From a virus, in IMG/VR virus record IMGVR_UViG_3300025264_000007, positions 16,616 to 80,615 of that record: a stretch of DNA of 64,000 nt. One strand, given 5' to 3'. Made by a program: the position numbers and the translations under genes. Shown piece by piece: positions 31,710-40,827 of this stretch. The notes below the pieces were generated by a model, which saw nothing but the letters and a program-made list of their open reading frames with translations, was not told the origin of the DNA and ran no database searches. Numbering within the stretch: the stretch's first letter is position 1; each line of letters opens with the position of its first letter.

Positions 31710-33535
31710 GTAATTTCTTCGGGCTCGTCGAAATAGTTGTCGAGAATTGAAAACATTCCCTCTAGCTCTGATGCCATCACCGTATCTTGCTCCAGAAGCA
31801 TATTAGACAACACTACCAGATGCTCGCGCTTGGCCGCCAGCAGAATCTCTGCCTCGCGCAGCGCATCGGCGATGATCTCCCTCACCGAGCGATCAAACTG
31901 ATCTTTAGTTAGTTCCGAAGAGTCGCTGGAGCGGGGAGCATAGCCTTCGGTCTTTCCAAAATAAACGGGGCCAAGAGCCCCCATCCCATAATCTTTGACC
32001 ATTTTTTCTGCCACTTGTTTGGCACGCATCAAATCATTGGAAACGCCTGTGCTGGTGCCTTCCTCTCCATAAAACATTTTTTCTGCCACATAGCCACCCA
32101 GCAAAACCTTAATGGAGGCTATATTTTCTTTCTTGTTCCATGAATATTTATCATCTTCAGGCAATTGCATAGTGAGACCGAGCGCCTGACCGTGAGGAAT
32201 GATCGTGACCTTATGCAAAGGATCCGCATCTGCTAGGTAATACGCCAAGAGAGCGTGGCCTGCCTCGTGAATCGCCGTCGCACGGCGCGCTCGATCGGTC
32301 ATCTTCATAGACTTGCGCGGCTTCCCTATTATTAGTTTATCGCGCGCCTGCTCAAGGTGGCCTCGATCGACAGACGCGCTCCCCTCCATCGTAGCGCGGA
32401 TCGCTGCTTCGTTCACCAGATTAGAAAGATCTGCTCCCGAAAAACCAGTGGTCATCCTCGCTATCTCATTTAAATCTACGGCAGTATCAAGGGGCACTCC
32501 CTTACAGTGTATATCTAAAATTTGCTTACGCCCATGAGCGTCAGGGAGAGGTATATGCACCTTTCGGTCAAAACGACCGGGGCGCAACAGAGCCTTATCC
32601 AGAACCTCTGCGCGGTTAGTCGCCGCCAATACAATAATGCCACTATGCTCCGAAAACCCGTCCATTTCTACCAGTAGCTGATTCAATGTCTGCTCGCGCT
32701 CGTCATGACCACCGCCGGAACCGGAGCCTCTTTTTCTTCCCACAGCGTCTATTTCGTCAATAAAAATAATACATGGAGCAAGACTTTTGGCTTGATCAAA
32801 CAGGGCGCGAACTCGGGCTGCACCAACTCCCACAAACATTTCCACAAAATCGGATCCTGAAATAAGCAAGAAAGGGACGTTGGCTTCGCCAGCCACCGCC
32901 TTAGCCAGAAGGGTCTTGCCGGTTCCCGGCGCGCCCACCAACAAAGCTCCCTTTGGGAGTTTGCTGCCCATGCGGGTAAAGCGAGAGGGGTGCTTTAAAA
33001 AATACACCACCTCCTCAAGTTCTGCTTTGGCCTCCTCGCATCCGGCAACGTCAACAAAGCGAGTATGGTTAGCTTCAGGTAGAGAAAGACGCGCCTTGGT
33101 TTTAGCAAATCCGTCAACCTTCCCCGCGGAGGCAGATAAATTTTTGATCAAAAGATACAAAAAATAAAACAGGATCAGGAACGGCAACCACGACAGCAGG
33201 AGGGTCACCCACAGTGAGGGCGCTTCCGCCTCTAAAAATCTTACCTCTAAGTTCTTTTTGGTCGCCAGCTTATTAACGAAATCATCGGTAAGGGGCGCGG
33301 TAGTCACATATACCCGCTCCCCCAATTCCAGCCGCCAGTTATTTCCCTGCACCACAAAGCGACCGGGATTGTGCTCGTTGACATTATCAAGGAGCGAGAG
33401 AATTCTAGTATAACTCACCTCCTCTACAGACGGCTGGTGCCTTTTATCTGCCCAGGAGGCTAATGCTGAAATTAATAAAAAAGCGCCCAACCACATCGCT
33501 AGAACTCGTAGTTTTCGACTATAAAATATTCCCAT
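31706..33535 (-). CDS. ftsH: ATP-dependent zinc metalloprotease FtsH
   Basis: Two TM helices, [28 protein letters not shown]. Confidence 0.97.
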   Translation of the reverse strand: MGIFYSRKLRVLAMWLGAFLLISALASWADKRHQPSVEEVSYTRILSLLDNVNEHNPGRFVVQGNNWRLELGERVYVTTAPLTDDFVNKLATKKNLEVRFLEAEAPSLWVTLLLSWLPFLILFYFLYLLIKNLSASAGKVDGFAKTKARLSLPEANHTRFVDVAGCEEAKAELEEVVYFLKHPSRFTRMGSKLPKGALLVGAPGTGKTLLAKAVAGEANVPFLLISGSDFVEMFVGVGAARVRALFDQAKSLAPCIIFIDEIDAVGRKRGSGSGGGHDEREQTLNQLLVEMDGFSEHSGIIVLAATNRAEVLDKALLRPGRFDRKVHIPLPDAHGRKQILDIHCKGVPLDTAVDLNEIARMTTGFSGADLSNLVNEAAIRATMEGSASVDRGHLEQARDKLIIGKPRKSMKMTDRARRATAIHEAGHALLAYYLADADPLHKVTIIPHGQALGLTMQLPEDDKYSWNKKENIASIKVLLGGYVAEKMFYGEEGTSTGVSNDLMRAKQVAEKMVKDYGMGALGPVYFGKTEGYAPRSSDSSELTKDQFDRSVREIIADALREAEILLAAKREHLVVLSNMLLEQDTVMASELEGMFSILDNYFDEPEEIT

Positions 33536-33603
33536 CTATTGTGGTTCCCTCGCGCTCCTTTGTATAACTAGTTTTTGCGCAGGGATTTTTATGGTGCGGA
33601 AGG

Positions 33604-33783
33604 TTACTCTAATAGTTCAAGAGTGTTGAGGATCTTCATTTCTGATTCCGCGGTAGTCTCTGTTTCTTCCCAGTGGATAGTCCACCATTTGTCGTGGCGG
33701 CGAGTAAATGGTCCTAACAGCATTCCTACGAAACCGGTCGAAGGATCCTGCACCAAGGTACCTGATCTTAATTGTGTGCTCAT
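33604..33783 (-). CDS. SH3/KOW-like family protein
   Basis: LRSGTLVQ...VGMLL...WTIHW. Confidence 0.6.
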   Translation of the reverse strand: MSTQLRSGTLVQDPSTGFVGMLLGPFTRRHDKWWTIHWEETETTAESEMKILNTLELLE

Positions 33784-33826
33784 CGAGCCTCCTAACTTCC
33801 CACTACTATGGGTGCTTGTTGTCTGG

Positions 33827-34297
33827 TCATTTTTTACACATTTGGTTGTTGCACAACCCTGATAAAAAATTGAATTGTTTCTTCTGGAGGTTGCAGGTAA
33901 AGAAGGGATCTTTTTCTGCAAACTCATCCAAATATTTGTTGGCAATAATTGTTTGGAATACCGTGATGCCGTGATCTTTGATCTTGTTGACATAATAAGG
34001 GTTGTCATCGTAAAAGATTTCTATGTTATGTTCTTTTAGGATTTTTAATTTATGTTCCGCCATTTTCTGGAAGTGATCCAAATCCATATTTTTTTTCTCA
34101 TACTCAAATCCGCACAAGATATCTTCGTAGGTATCTGGACCAAATCCTAAATCGGCTAAACCTTTTTCTACTTCGTGTCGTTGAGAAGGGGGAGTTCCCG
34201 TTACAATATAAACCTTCCCCTGCCAACCGTTAATGAGTCTTTTAAAAAACTCAGGTGCATACGAAAGGGTATCGTGGAAATCAATGCCGATATTCAT
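33827..34297 (-). CDS. HAD-superfamily hydrolase
   Basis: IGIDFHDTL, VTG, K...FYDDNP. Confidence 0.8.
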   Translation of the reverse strand: MNIGIDFHDTLSYAPEFFKRLINGWQGKVYIVTGTPPSQRHEVEKGLADLGFGPDTYEDILCGFEYEKKNMDLDHFQKMAEHKLKILKEHNIEIFYDDNPYYVNKIKDHGITVFQTIIANKYLDEFAEKDPFFTCNLQKKQFNFLSGLCNNQMCKK

Positions 34298-36277
34298 TAG
34301 CTCAAAATATCCATAGTATTATATATGTTTGTGTAAGTTTCCTGGGAAATATTATCTATCGCAAAGGGGCGTGGTTCGCCGATCCACTGAAGCTGGAACC
34401 AGAGGACGCCGTCGGAACGATCCCAGTCAGGGGGGGATTTGATAATAAGGGCTGTTTGCTTTGTCTTGCGACACTGCACGAGTCTCCCCACTTCAAGCGT
34501 ACGGGGGACAACCTCAAACATTCCGTAGTGCCTACTCATCTTCTTTCCTAACGATGTTGAAACAATTATTAACGTTTACTAAAAGTGTTTGTTCTTTCTC
34601 TCCGGAGGTGAGCCACTGAAGATCTACATAGCGGTTGGCCCAGCTTGTGCCGGTACCTTTCTTCTCCTCGTAAGACTTGGTGAGGACAAGAGCGAGGCGG
34701 TCAGAACGTCGGCAACGCAGAAGAGTGCCGGGCATCTGAACTTTGTTCGCATGGTAGAGACTGTAGTCACTCTGATTCACTCAGCACCTCCCAATTCATA
34801 GGCATATAAATACATCGGCGACCGTTCGGAAATAGCACATCCCATAAAATATTTTTACCGGTCACTACTTGCTTGTTAGCAAGGATAGCATATTCTCCAC
34901 ACTCTTTAACGGTGGAGTTCTCACGGCACTGTTTCTTGATACGGAGAAGGGTGCCTGGTTTGAGTCTGTCAGGGTAATTCACTGGCTACCTTCTCCAACA
35001 GATCCGGGCGGTATCGCTTGGGATGGTTGCCGTTGTTAAAAAGAACGCTGACATAATGATATTGTCCGTCAGGAGTATGAGTGACAAAGTTGGAGCGCGT
35101 GATAAGACCCATCTGTCCGCCGGGGACAGCAATGCGAACCAAATCACCCACCTTGAACTGGGGTTTTGTGTCGAAGTCTGGATTCATTTTACTTTCGCCA
35201 GATATTCTATGGGGTATTGGGTTGACTGGTGCGCTCCAAAGAGAACGTCAACAAACTGAGTCTCGCCTCCGAGATATTCATCAAGAGCCCAATAGTTTGA
35301 GCGAGTGACGACGCCGAGAGCCTTTGTGGCGTTGGCACTGACCAATTCGCCAATCTTATAGCTCACATATTCGGGATTCATTACCACATCCTTTTCGTCA
35401 GTTTTTCTTCTTGAATAAAGAAGGTTGAGCTATCGGGCTTGAGTACACACCACATGGGATAGACCGGACCATTAATCTTTTCAACCAGAACCAAGGGCGT
35501 CTTGTTGTCAGCCAGGTCAATGAACCACAAGGTTGACAAGTGGTCAATCGCCGTCTTTCTAATTCTTACTAGGTCGCCGCACTTCATGATACTACCTCAA
35601 AATGGCTGGCGTTTCGCCAATGCTCTGCGTGAAACCGTGGTTCGTGCGTGGTATCCATGAGAGTTACTCTGATGATTAGGTCTGCGGGGTCGGGTCCTAT
35701 CTCCGTTACCAGTCCCAAAGCACCCCCAGGCTGATTGGTAACTCGATTGGGCTTGCGTCTTACGAGGTTGCCGACTTTCATGAGAGCACCTCCGCTTGAT
35801 CAGGGAAAACCATAACGGCACCCATGTCTAGGAAATTCATATTCTGCAAAGACTCGAACCGCACAAGAGACGGGTAAACCTTTACTCGCTCCGGTAGCTT
35901 GTCTTGATCTAGCTTGTGAGAGAGGTCATACTTTTCTTGGATAACCAAGCCAATCTCCCCCTCTAGTTTAGCACGGATGACGGGAGCGAACTGAGCCAGA
36001 CCAGATTTGTTTATTTTGATAATCTGTCCGACTTTCATGAAATCTGCTCCATGTTGCAGACATAATCTACGAAAGATTGCCCGCCATCAATCGGCTCGCA
36101 TTGATAGAAGAGGTGTTCATCGGCATCTTCATAGTCTCGGTCAAACTTACATGACGGCGACAAGCCGATAACCAAAGCAATCACATTGACCTCGGTTGCT
36201 GCGTTGCTGTTGACCAGCATACCCGGCTGGATGCGACAGCGTTTTTGAATCTCTTTTGCTACGCTCATCTGTGCCTC

Positions 36278-36433
36278 TTAATACATGAAGGTGTTTTCAA
36301 CGAGGTGTTCAACAACCACGTCGTGAATTTCCATAGCATTTTGGGGATGCTCGTTGATGGCGTCGTACCAAGCGTCAAGTGCTCCTTGACCAACGGCTCC
36401 TAGAATCTTTTCAATGTGTTCTTGAACTGGCAT
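36278..36433 (-). CDS. 51-aa helical hypothetical protein (not in ORF track), first gene after a promoter
   Basis: MPVQEHIEKILGAVGQGALDAWYDAINEH...; SD AGGAG. Confidence 0.65.
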   Translation of the reverse strand: MPVQEHIEKILGAVGQGALDAWYDAINEHPQNAMEIHDVVVEHLVENTFMY

Positions 36434-36452
36434 GTCTCTCTCCTTGTATCTT

Positions 36453-36480
36453 ATATTAGCACGGATAAGGTGCCTGTCAA
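36453..36480 (-). promoter_or_regulatory. sigma70-type promoter TTGACA-N16-TAATAT inside the array
   Basis: TTGACAggcaccttatccgtgcTAATAT. Confidence 0.8.
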
Positions 36481-36883
36481 GTTTTATTCTTGGGTCCCTT
36501 AGAAATAAGTTCTAGGTGGTCGCACCTTACCCAATAGTCTCCGTCGGGTGTTCGCACTTTGAACTTATTGTCGGCAGTGAAAACATAACGCTGCTTAATA
36601 ACAATACCTGTCAACATCGTCTCATCAATATATTCTTCTGTTACTCGCCTAGCCTCAAAGTTTACAAGGTCGCCGAGTTGGTATCTAAACGGATTGCTCA
36701 TCGTTCACTAATTTCAAATGCTGGACGGAATAATATTCTTCCAGTTCATATCCGAGCCAGTTAACCTTTACACAGACCGTAGTGCGGTCGTCTGGTGTTT
36801 CTGGATAGGAAAGCACCAGCCCAAGTTGGCGATTGTTGCCTTTGGCTACTGATTCCCGAAAACTCCAATCGGGCTCTACTAAG

Positions 36884-37051
36884 TCACCGGGTTTCACTTA
36901 TCACCTCTAGGCTTCCTTCTCTAAAGACTTGACCGCCGCTGAACCCTTCTAAACGAACAAACCCCTCAGCCACTGAAAGAACCAAATATGTTCGGTCGCC
37001 AAGGCTGGCTCCATATCGTCCCTTGATCGAGACCAAATCACCCGGCTTCAT
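36884..37051 (-). CDS. 55-aa array member missed by the ORF track
   Basis: MKPGDLVSIKGRYGASLGDRTYLVLSVAEGFVRLEGFSGGQVFREGSLEVISETR. Confidence 0.8.
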   Translation of the reverse strand: MKPGDLVSIKGRYGASLGDRTYLVLSVAEGFVRLEGFSGGQVFREGSLEVISETR

Positions 37052-37948
37052 TTATGACCTCCAAATACTTATTCCGAAACCAGTGAGTTTGTTTGCCCAG
37101 TGATGTTTTTTCGGTCAGAAGTAGTTGAGTGTAGTCTTCTTCTTCTGAAGATTCAAGAGCAATAATGATCCCGTAGAATATTTGGTAAGAGTAGCCCTCA
37201 GCCGTCTTAACCAAGTCACCGAGTTTCACGCCACAACTCCAATTCGCCGTAGTGCCAAGTTCTTTCTTTGCCTTCCAGCAAAGTCAAAACTGTTTCGCTT
37301 CGGTGGGAACCACCTTCAATAACTTTGATGACCAGCATCTTTTTGCCGGCCACTTCTCGGTCGGAAAAAATGTTTGGGGCTTGTCTTACCAAATCACCCG
37401 GCTTCATTTAGCACCTTCAATTCACACAAGCGTTGCTTACAGGGGGAGTTGTCGGACATAAAGTTCCAGAGAACGTCGCACCACATATAGCCCGCTGGGT
37501 TTTTGGGTGGGAGATAAACTTTTACAACAATACCTGAGACTGACTTGTCCATTTCGTGCTCAAACGTTACGAGATCACCGACTTTCATTGACTAGCTCCA
37601 AATAATCGTGGTCTTTGGGATAGGGTCCATTGCCTTCTCCGTCAGTCCACGCAATATCAACTTTTTCTTCTGCGCCTTCACAAGCCTTCCACACACCGAC
37701 AACCACGCCATAGACTGGTTCTTTCGTGGGGTGTGACCATTTTACTAAATCACCGCGTTTCACTGATTACCTTTTCTATACGATAGGAGCTACAATTGCC
37801 GGGAGATCCGTCCTCGCAGTAAACCATACGAATGTGGGGCGGGATGCCCTCGCCGTGAAGCTCAACTTTAGAAATGAGGGCGAGGTGACCCGACTTCATC
37901 TCAACAAGGTCGCCAACTTTTAGTTCGTATCGCCAACCGGCGTCGTCT

Positions 37949-38227
37949 CTAATCATTTGTTTCTACAATCTCAAAGTTAGGGTCGCTGTGAAGGCTCACC
38001 CAGCGGGCATCCCTTACCTGACCCAAAGCCTCAAGCAGGAGGAAGGGGCCAGGAGCAGGCGTCTTAAACGATACCTTGTCAGTCTCCCCGCTCACCTTCC
38101 ACATGTCACCCTTTTCGTGAATGCGGTTTTTGCCGTGACGGGTGATGCCAGAGAGCTTAACTGTCTTGCCTACGTTAGGTCCAGGCGGTAGCTGTGTCCA
38201 GTGCTTTTTCACGACTCTCTCCCTCAC
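37949..38227 (-). CDS. Phage hypothetical protein
   Basis: LSGITRHGKNRIHEKG...RWV...DPNFEI. Confidence 0.7.
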   Translation of the reverse strand: MRERVVKKHWTQLPPGPNVGKTVKLSGITRHGKNRIHEKGDMWKVSGETDKVSFKTPAPGPFLLLEALGQVRDARWVSLHSDPNFEIVETND

Positions 38228-38565
38228 TAGTATACTACCACCCTATTGGGATAAGTCAAGTTATTTATTTTATTGTGCCAGCAATATTTCAGCGTAATTT
38301 ACACATAGACAGACAGTCTTGATTCCCTCGGGACGACACAGAAGTGGTCCTCGTCCAGATTTAGTGAAGGGGTTTCCAGAATAGGCAACCACGCTATAAA
38401 AGTATCCTTCGGGCCAAATAGGTTCAGGCCCACTACACACATACCCCAGCGTGGGCTTACCCTTCAGACGAATTTCAACCACTTCACCAATCTCAAATTC
38501 GTTTTCAACCATAATGAAAACCTCCCTTACAGCAGTATATTAGCACACTTCTAGGAGAGGTCAAG

Positions 38566-38823
38566 TTATATTTCGATTCTGAGAAAAGTCAAAAATCTGG
38601 AAAGTAGGGAGCGATTATTTTTCGGAGCCATCTCGTTTTTGGTAATTTCATCCGCACAGGTAAAAAAGCGTTGCTCTCGGTATTGCTGGAGCAGGCGCTC
38701 GTCGCTTAATACCCACTTGCGGAGTCTGAACCATTCCACCAAGTCACTGGGAGTATAAACGGGCTGGTTCTCTAAGATAGCCAGACGGTATAATGCAGTA
38801 GCCACGGAGTTCTCCTCTACCAT
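38566..38823 (-). CDS. Hypothetical protein
   Basis: ORF downstream of promoter 38824-38851. Confidence 0.55.
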   Translation of the reverse strand: MVEENSVATALYRLAILENQPVYTPSDLVEWFRLRKWVLSDERLLQQYREQRFFTCADEITKNEMAPKNNRSLLSRFLTFLRIEI

Positions 38824-38859
38824 AGTATACCATTCCTTCGGCAGAGGTCAACAAAAAAA

Positions 38860-39504
38860 CTAATCGTTTAGTTCAGATATGAAAGCCTCTCGCCAATTTG
38901 TGTAGGACCCATTTGGATACCTTTCTTTACAAACTCTACTGTATTCATACGTCATATCCCAGCCGTCTAAGATGGCCATGTGTGGGAGAGAGATAGAACC
39001 GTTACTTGGGCACACATCAATTAGTTGCGCCCCCATTGTAATGCTGAAATTGGGATCAATGACCATCTTGGCGGGATCGGCTTCCACCAGTTCCGCATAG
39101 GCCAAACATTCTTCTGGAGATATGTCTGGGCTGCCTGTCGCATCTTGAGCTACTGCTATCAGGTAATCCCACTGTGCGTTGTCGCCGCCAGAGATGGCGT
39201 GGTCGAAGGTGATGCCTCGGAGGTAAGCCTTGCAGGCAGGGCACCAGACTGTGCTGATGGCGAAGACCTGTAATTTATTTTTGCCGCAGCCGTCGTGCAG
39301 TTGAACTTCCTCACCAAGGCAATTAATAAATGTAGCGTTGCGTAGTTGGTCGCCGATTCCGTTGCCGGTTCCCCGCTCTTCGCATCCGTGGTCAGGCTCG
39401 GAGGGTCCAGCGTCTGCCGGTCCTGCATCTAGCGTGCCCTCAAGCGGGGCTTCTCCGCACGCAAGTATCCCTAGAAGAACCCCTACATAAAACTTCCCTT
39501 TCAT
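38860..39504 (-). CDS. Thioredoxin-fold (redoxin) lipoprotein
   Basis: Lipobox ILAC, DAGPADAG linker, WCPAC. Confidence 0.75.
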   Translation of the reverse strand: MKGKFYVGVLLGILACGEAPLEGTLDAGPADAGPSEPDHGCEERGTGNGIGDQLRNATFINCLGEEVQLHDGCGKNKLQVFAISTVWCPACKAYLRGITFDHAISGGDNAQWDYLIAVAQDATGSPDISPEECLAYAELVEADPAKMVIDPNFSITMGAQLIDVCPSNGSISLPHMAILDGWDMTYEYSRVCKERYPNGSYTNWREAFISELND

Positions 39505-39543
39505 ATAGTAAGTATGTTGGGATATCCGTAAGTTGACGTATTT

Positions 39544-40101
39544 TTATTTATCGCCCGTTGAACCGAGAGCGCCGTCACCCCGGCTTGTTTCCTCGTCGTA
39601 AATATTTTCTGCCTCCACCAACTCAAGGTCGGTGGTGATTTTGACGAAGACCGCTTGGGCAATTTTATCACCCGCATGAAGCGTCTGGGTACGGTCGCTT
39701 GGGTTGTGAAGGTTCACAAAGATTTCTCCTGTGTATCCTCGGTCAACCACGCAGGCTCCCACGAGGAGGCCACGCTTGGAGGCGATCCCAGACTTGTTCT
39801 TGATCTCCATCATATATCCTTCGGGCACCTCAATCTTAAGACCTGTTGGCAGAGTAGATGCCCCGTGAGGAAGGATGCTCTCAATCTGTTTAGGTATCAT
39901 ATCATTCGGAGGGGGGCAGAAAAATAAATCCATGCCGGCATCTGTGGGGTGTGCCCGTTGAGGCATTTTAGATTGGGCATGGAGTAATTGAACTCGGAGG
40001 GGCATCATATCACTTTCATAGTCTGGGCAAGCTGGCTTGAGGTTACAACCGCAATTATAACATAATAGATCGTCTTTAATTAAGTTTTTTCCATCAATCA
40101 T
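39544..40101 (-). CDS. dut: dUTPase
   Basis: AGMDL, KSG, VVDRGYTGEI, IAQ, RGDGALGSTG. Confidence 0.93.
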   Translation of the reverse strand: MIDGKNLIKDDLLCYNCGCNLKPACPDYESDMMPLRVQLLHAQSKMPQRAHPTDAGMDLFFCPPPNDMIPKQIESILPHGASTLPTGLKIEVPEGYMMEIKNKSGIASKRGLLVGACVVDRGYTGEIFVNLHNPSDRTQTLHAGDKIAQAVFVKITTDLELVEAENIYDEETSRGDGALGSTGDK

Positions 40102-40295
40102 CGGGGAGTCAATCCTCTCTTGTGTATTTTAATTATCTTCGTACGAAATTTCACGGTACAAATATCTCCTTCAATATCCATTATTATTCCTTCCCAGTCA
40201 AACAGGGATAAAAGTTCCCATACATTGCAATGGACGCTTTGCCCAATACAAAACTCTTTGATTGGATTCACATTAGTCGTGAAACGCCATGTCAA
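40098..40295 (-). CDS. SH3/KOW-like small protein
   Basis: FCIGQSV...EGIIMDI...CTVKF. Confidence 0.55.
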   Translation of the reverse strand: MTWRFTTNVNPIKEFCIGQSVHCNVWELLSLFDWEGIIMDIEGDICTVKFRTKIIKIHKRGLTPR

Positions 40296-40827
40296 TGCCG
40301 TCGTCTACCTCATCGCCATGAACATCCCAGCCCTTAGTGGTCTGGCGAGCAAATAGTTCCAGCTTTGCCTGGTCCGGAAACATTTCTTCAATTCTCTTTC
40401 TTACTTCCCCTGGCTTGGTGCTGTGTTTTTGGCGCATCTTCGATACCAGTTGTCGGATGTTCCGTGCCCCACGCGGTTGCGGGATCTTACCTCGCTTACC
40501 GATAAGGCACAGTTCGCACTGACTCATAGTATAAAAACCGGGATTCACTTTTTGTTTATCCCAAACAAAACCGACGGTCGCCCAGCTAAACCCCCACGCC
40601 TTCATGAGTTCAATGGCCTGGTCGAGGTGAGGATTGGTTGTCCACAAAAAAAGGAGACAATCCTCGTCGCAATGACGTGTGATATCGAGGCGTTTTAAAT
40701 CCTTAAGTTTGAGGCACTCATAATGACGCAGCGCGCCCCCGCTGTCGGGGCCGCCTTTACCCGTGTGCTGCAACTGCCCTTTGTAATCCCACGGGGGATC
40801 TGCGTAGATAATCTGATATTTTTTCAA
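40273..40827 (-). CDS. MT-A70 family adenine methyltransferase
   Basis: IYADPPW, LFLWTT, HSTKP, LELFAR. Confidence 0.92.
   Translation of the reverse strand: MKKYQIIYADPPWDYKGQLQHTGKGGPDSGGALRHYECLKLKDLKRLDITRHCDEDCLLFLWTTNPHLDQAIELMKAWGFSWATVGFVWDKQKVNPGFYTMSQCELCLIGKRGKIPQPRGARNIRQLVSKMRQKHSTKPGEVRKRIEEMFPDQAKLELFARQTTKGWDVHGDEVDDGIDMAFHD

Larger units (their letters stand above)
34297..38512 (-). repeat. Tandem array of about 18 small SH3/KOW-like genes joined by a conserved overlapping junction
   Basis: ORFs 34297-34539, 34532-34780, 34767-34982, 34969-35187, 35184-35387, 35381-35587, 35584-35781, 35778-36038, 36035-36268, 36477-36701, 36685-36897, 36884-37051, 37038-37229, 37216-37407, 37394-37588, 37575-37763, 37750-37956, 38270-38512. 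Confidence 0.85.

Noticed and set aside
36884-37763. CRISPR array interpretation of the periodic repeat
   Set aside because: The repeats are degenerate and protein-coding, the spacers are about 150 bp open reading frames, and no cas genes are present.
34297-38512. Classical integron or diversity-generating retroelement
   Set aside because: I saw no attC-like inverted repeats, integrase, reverse transcriptase or adenine-mutated template/variable repeat pair in this window.
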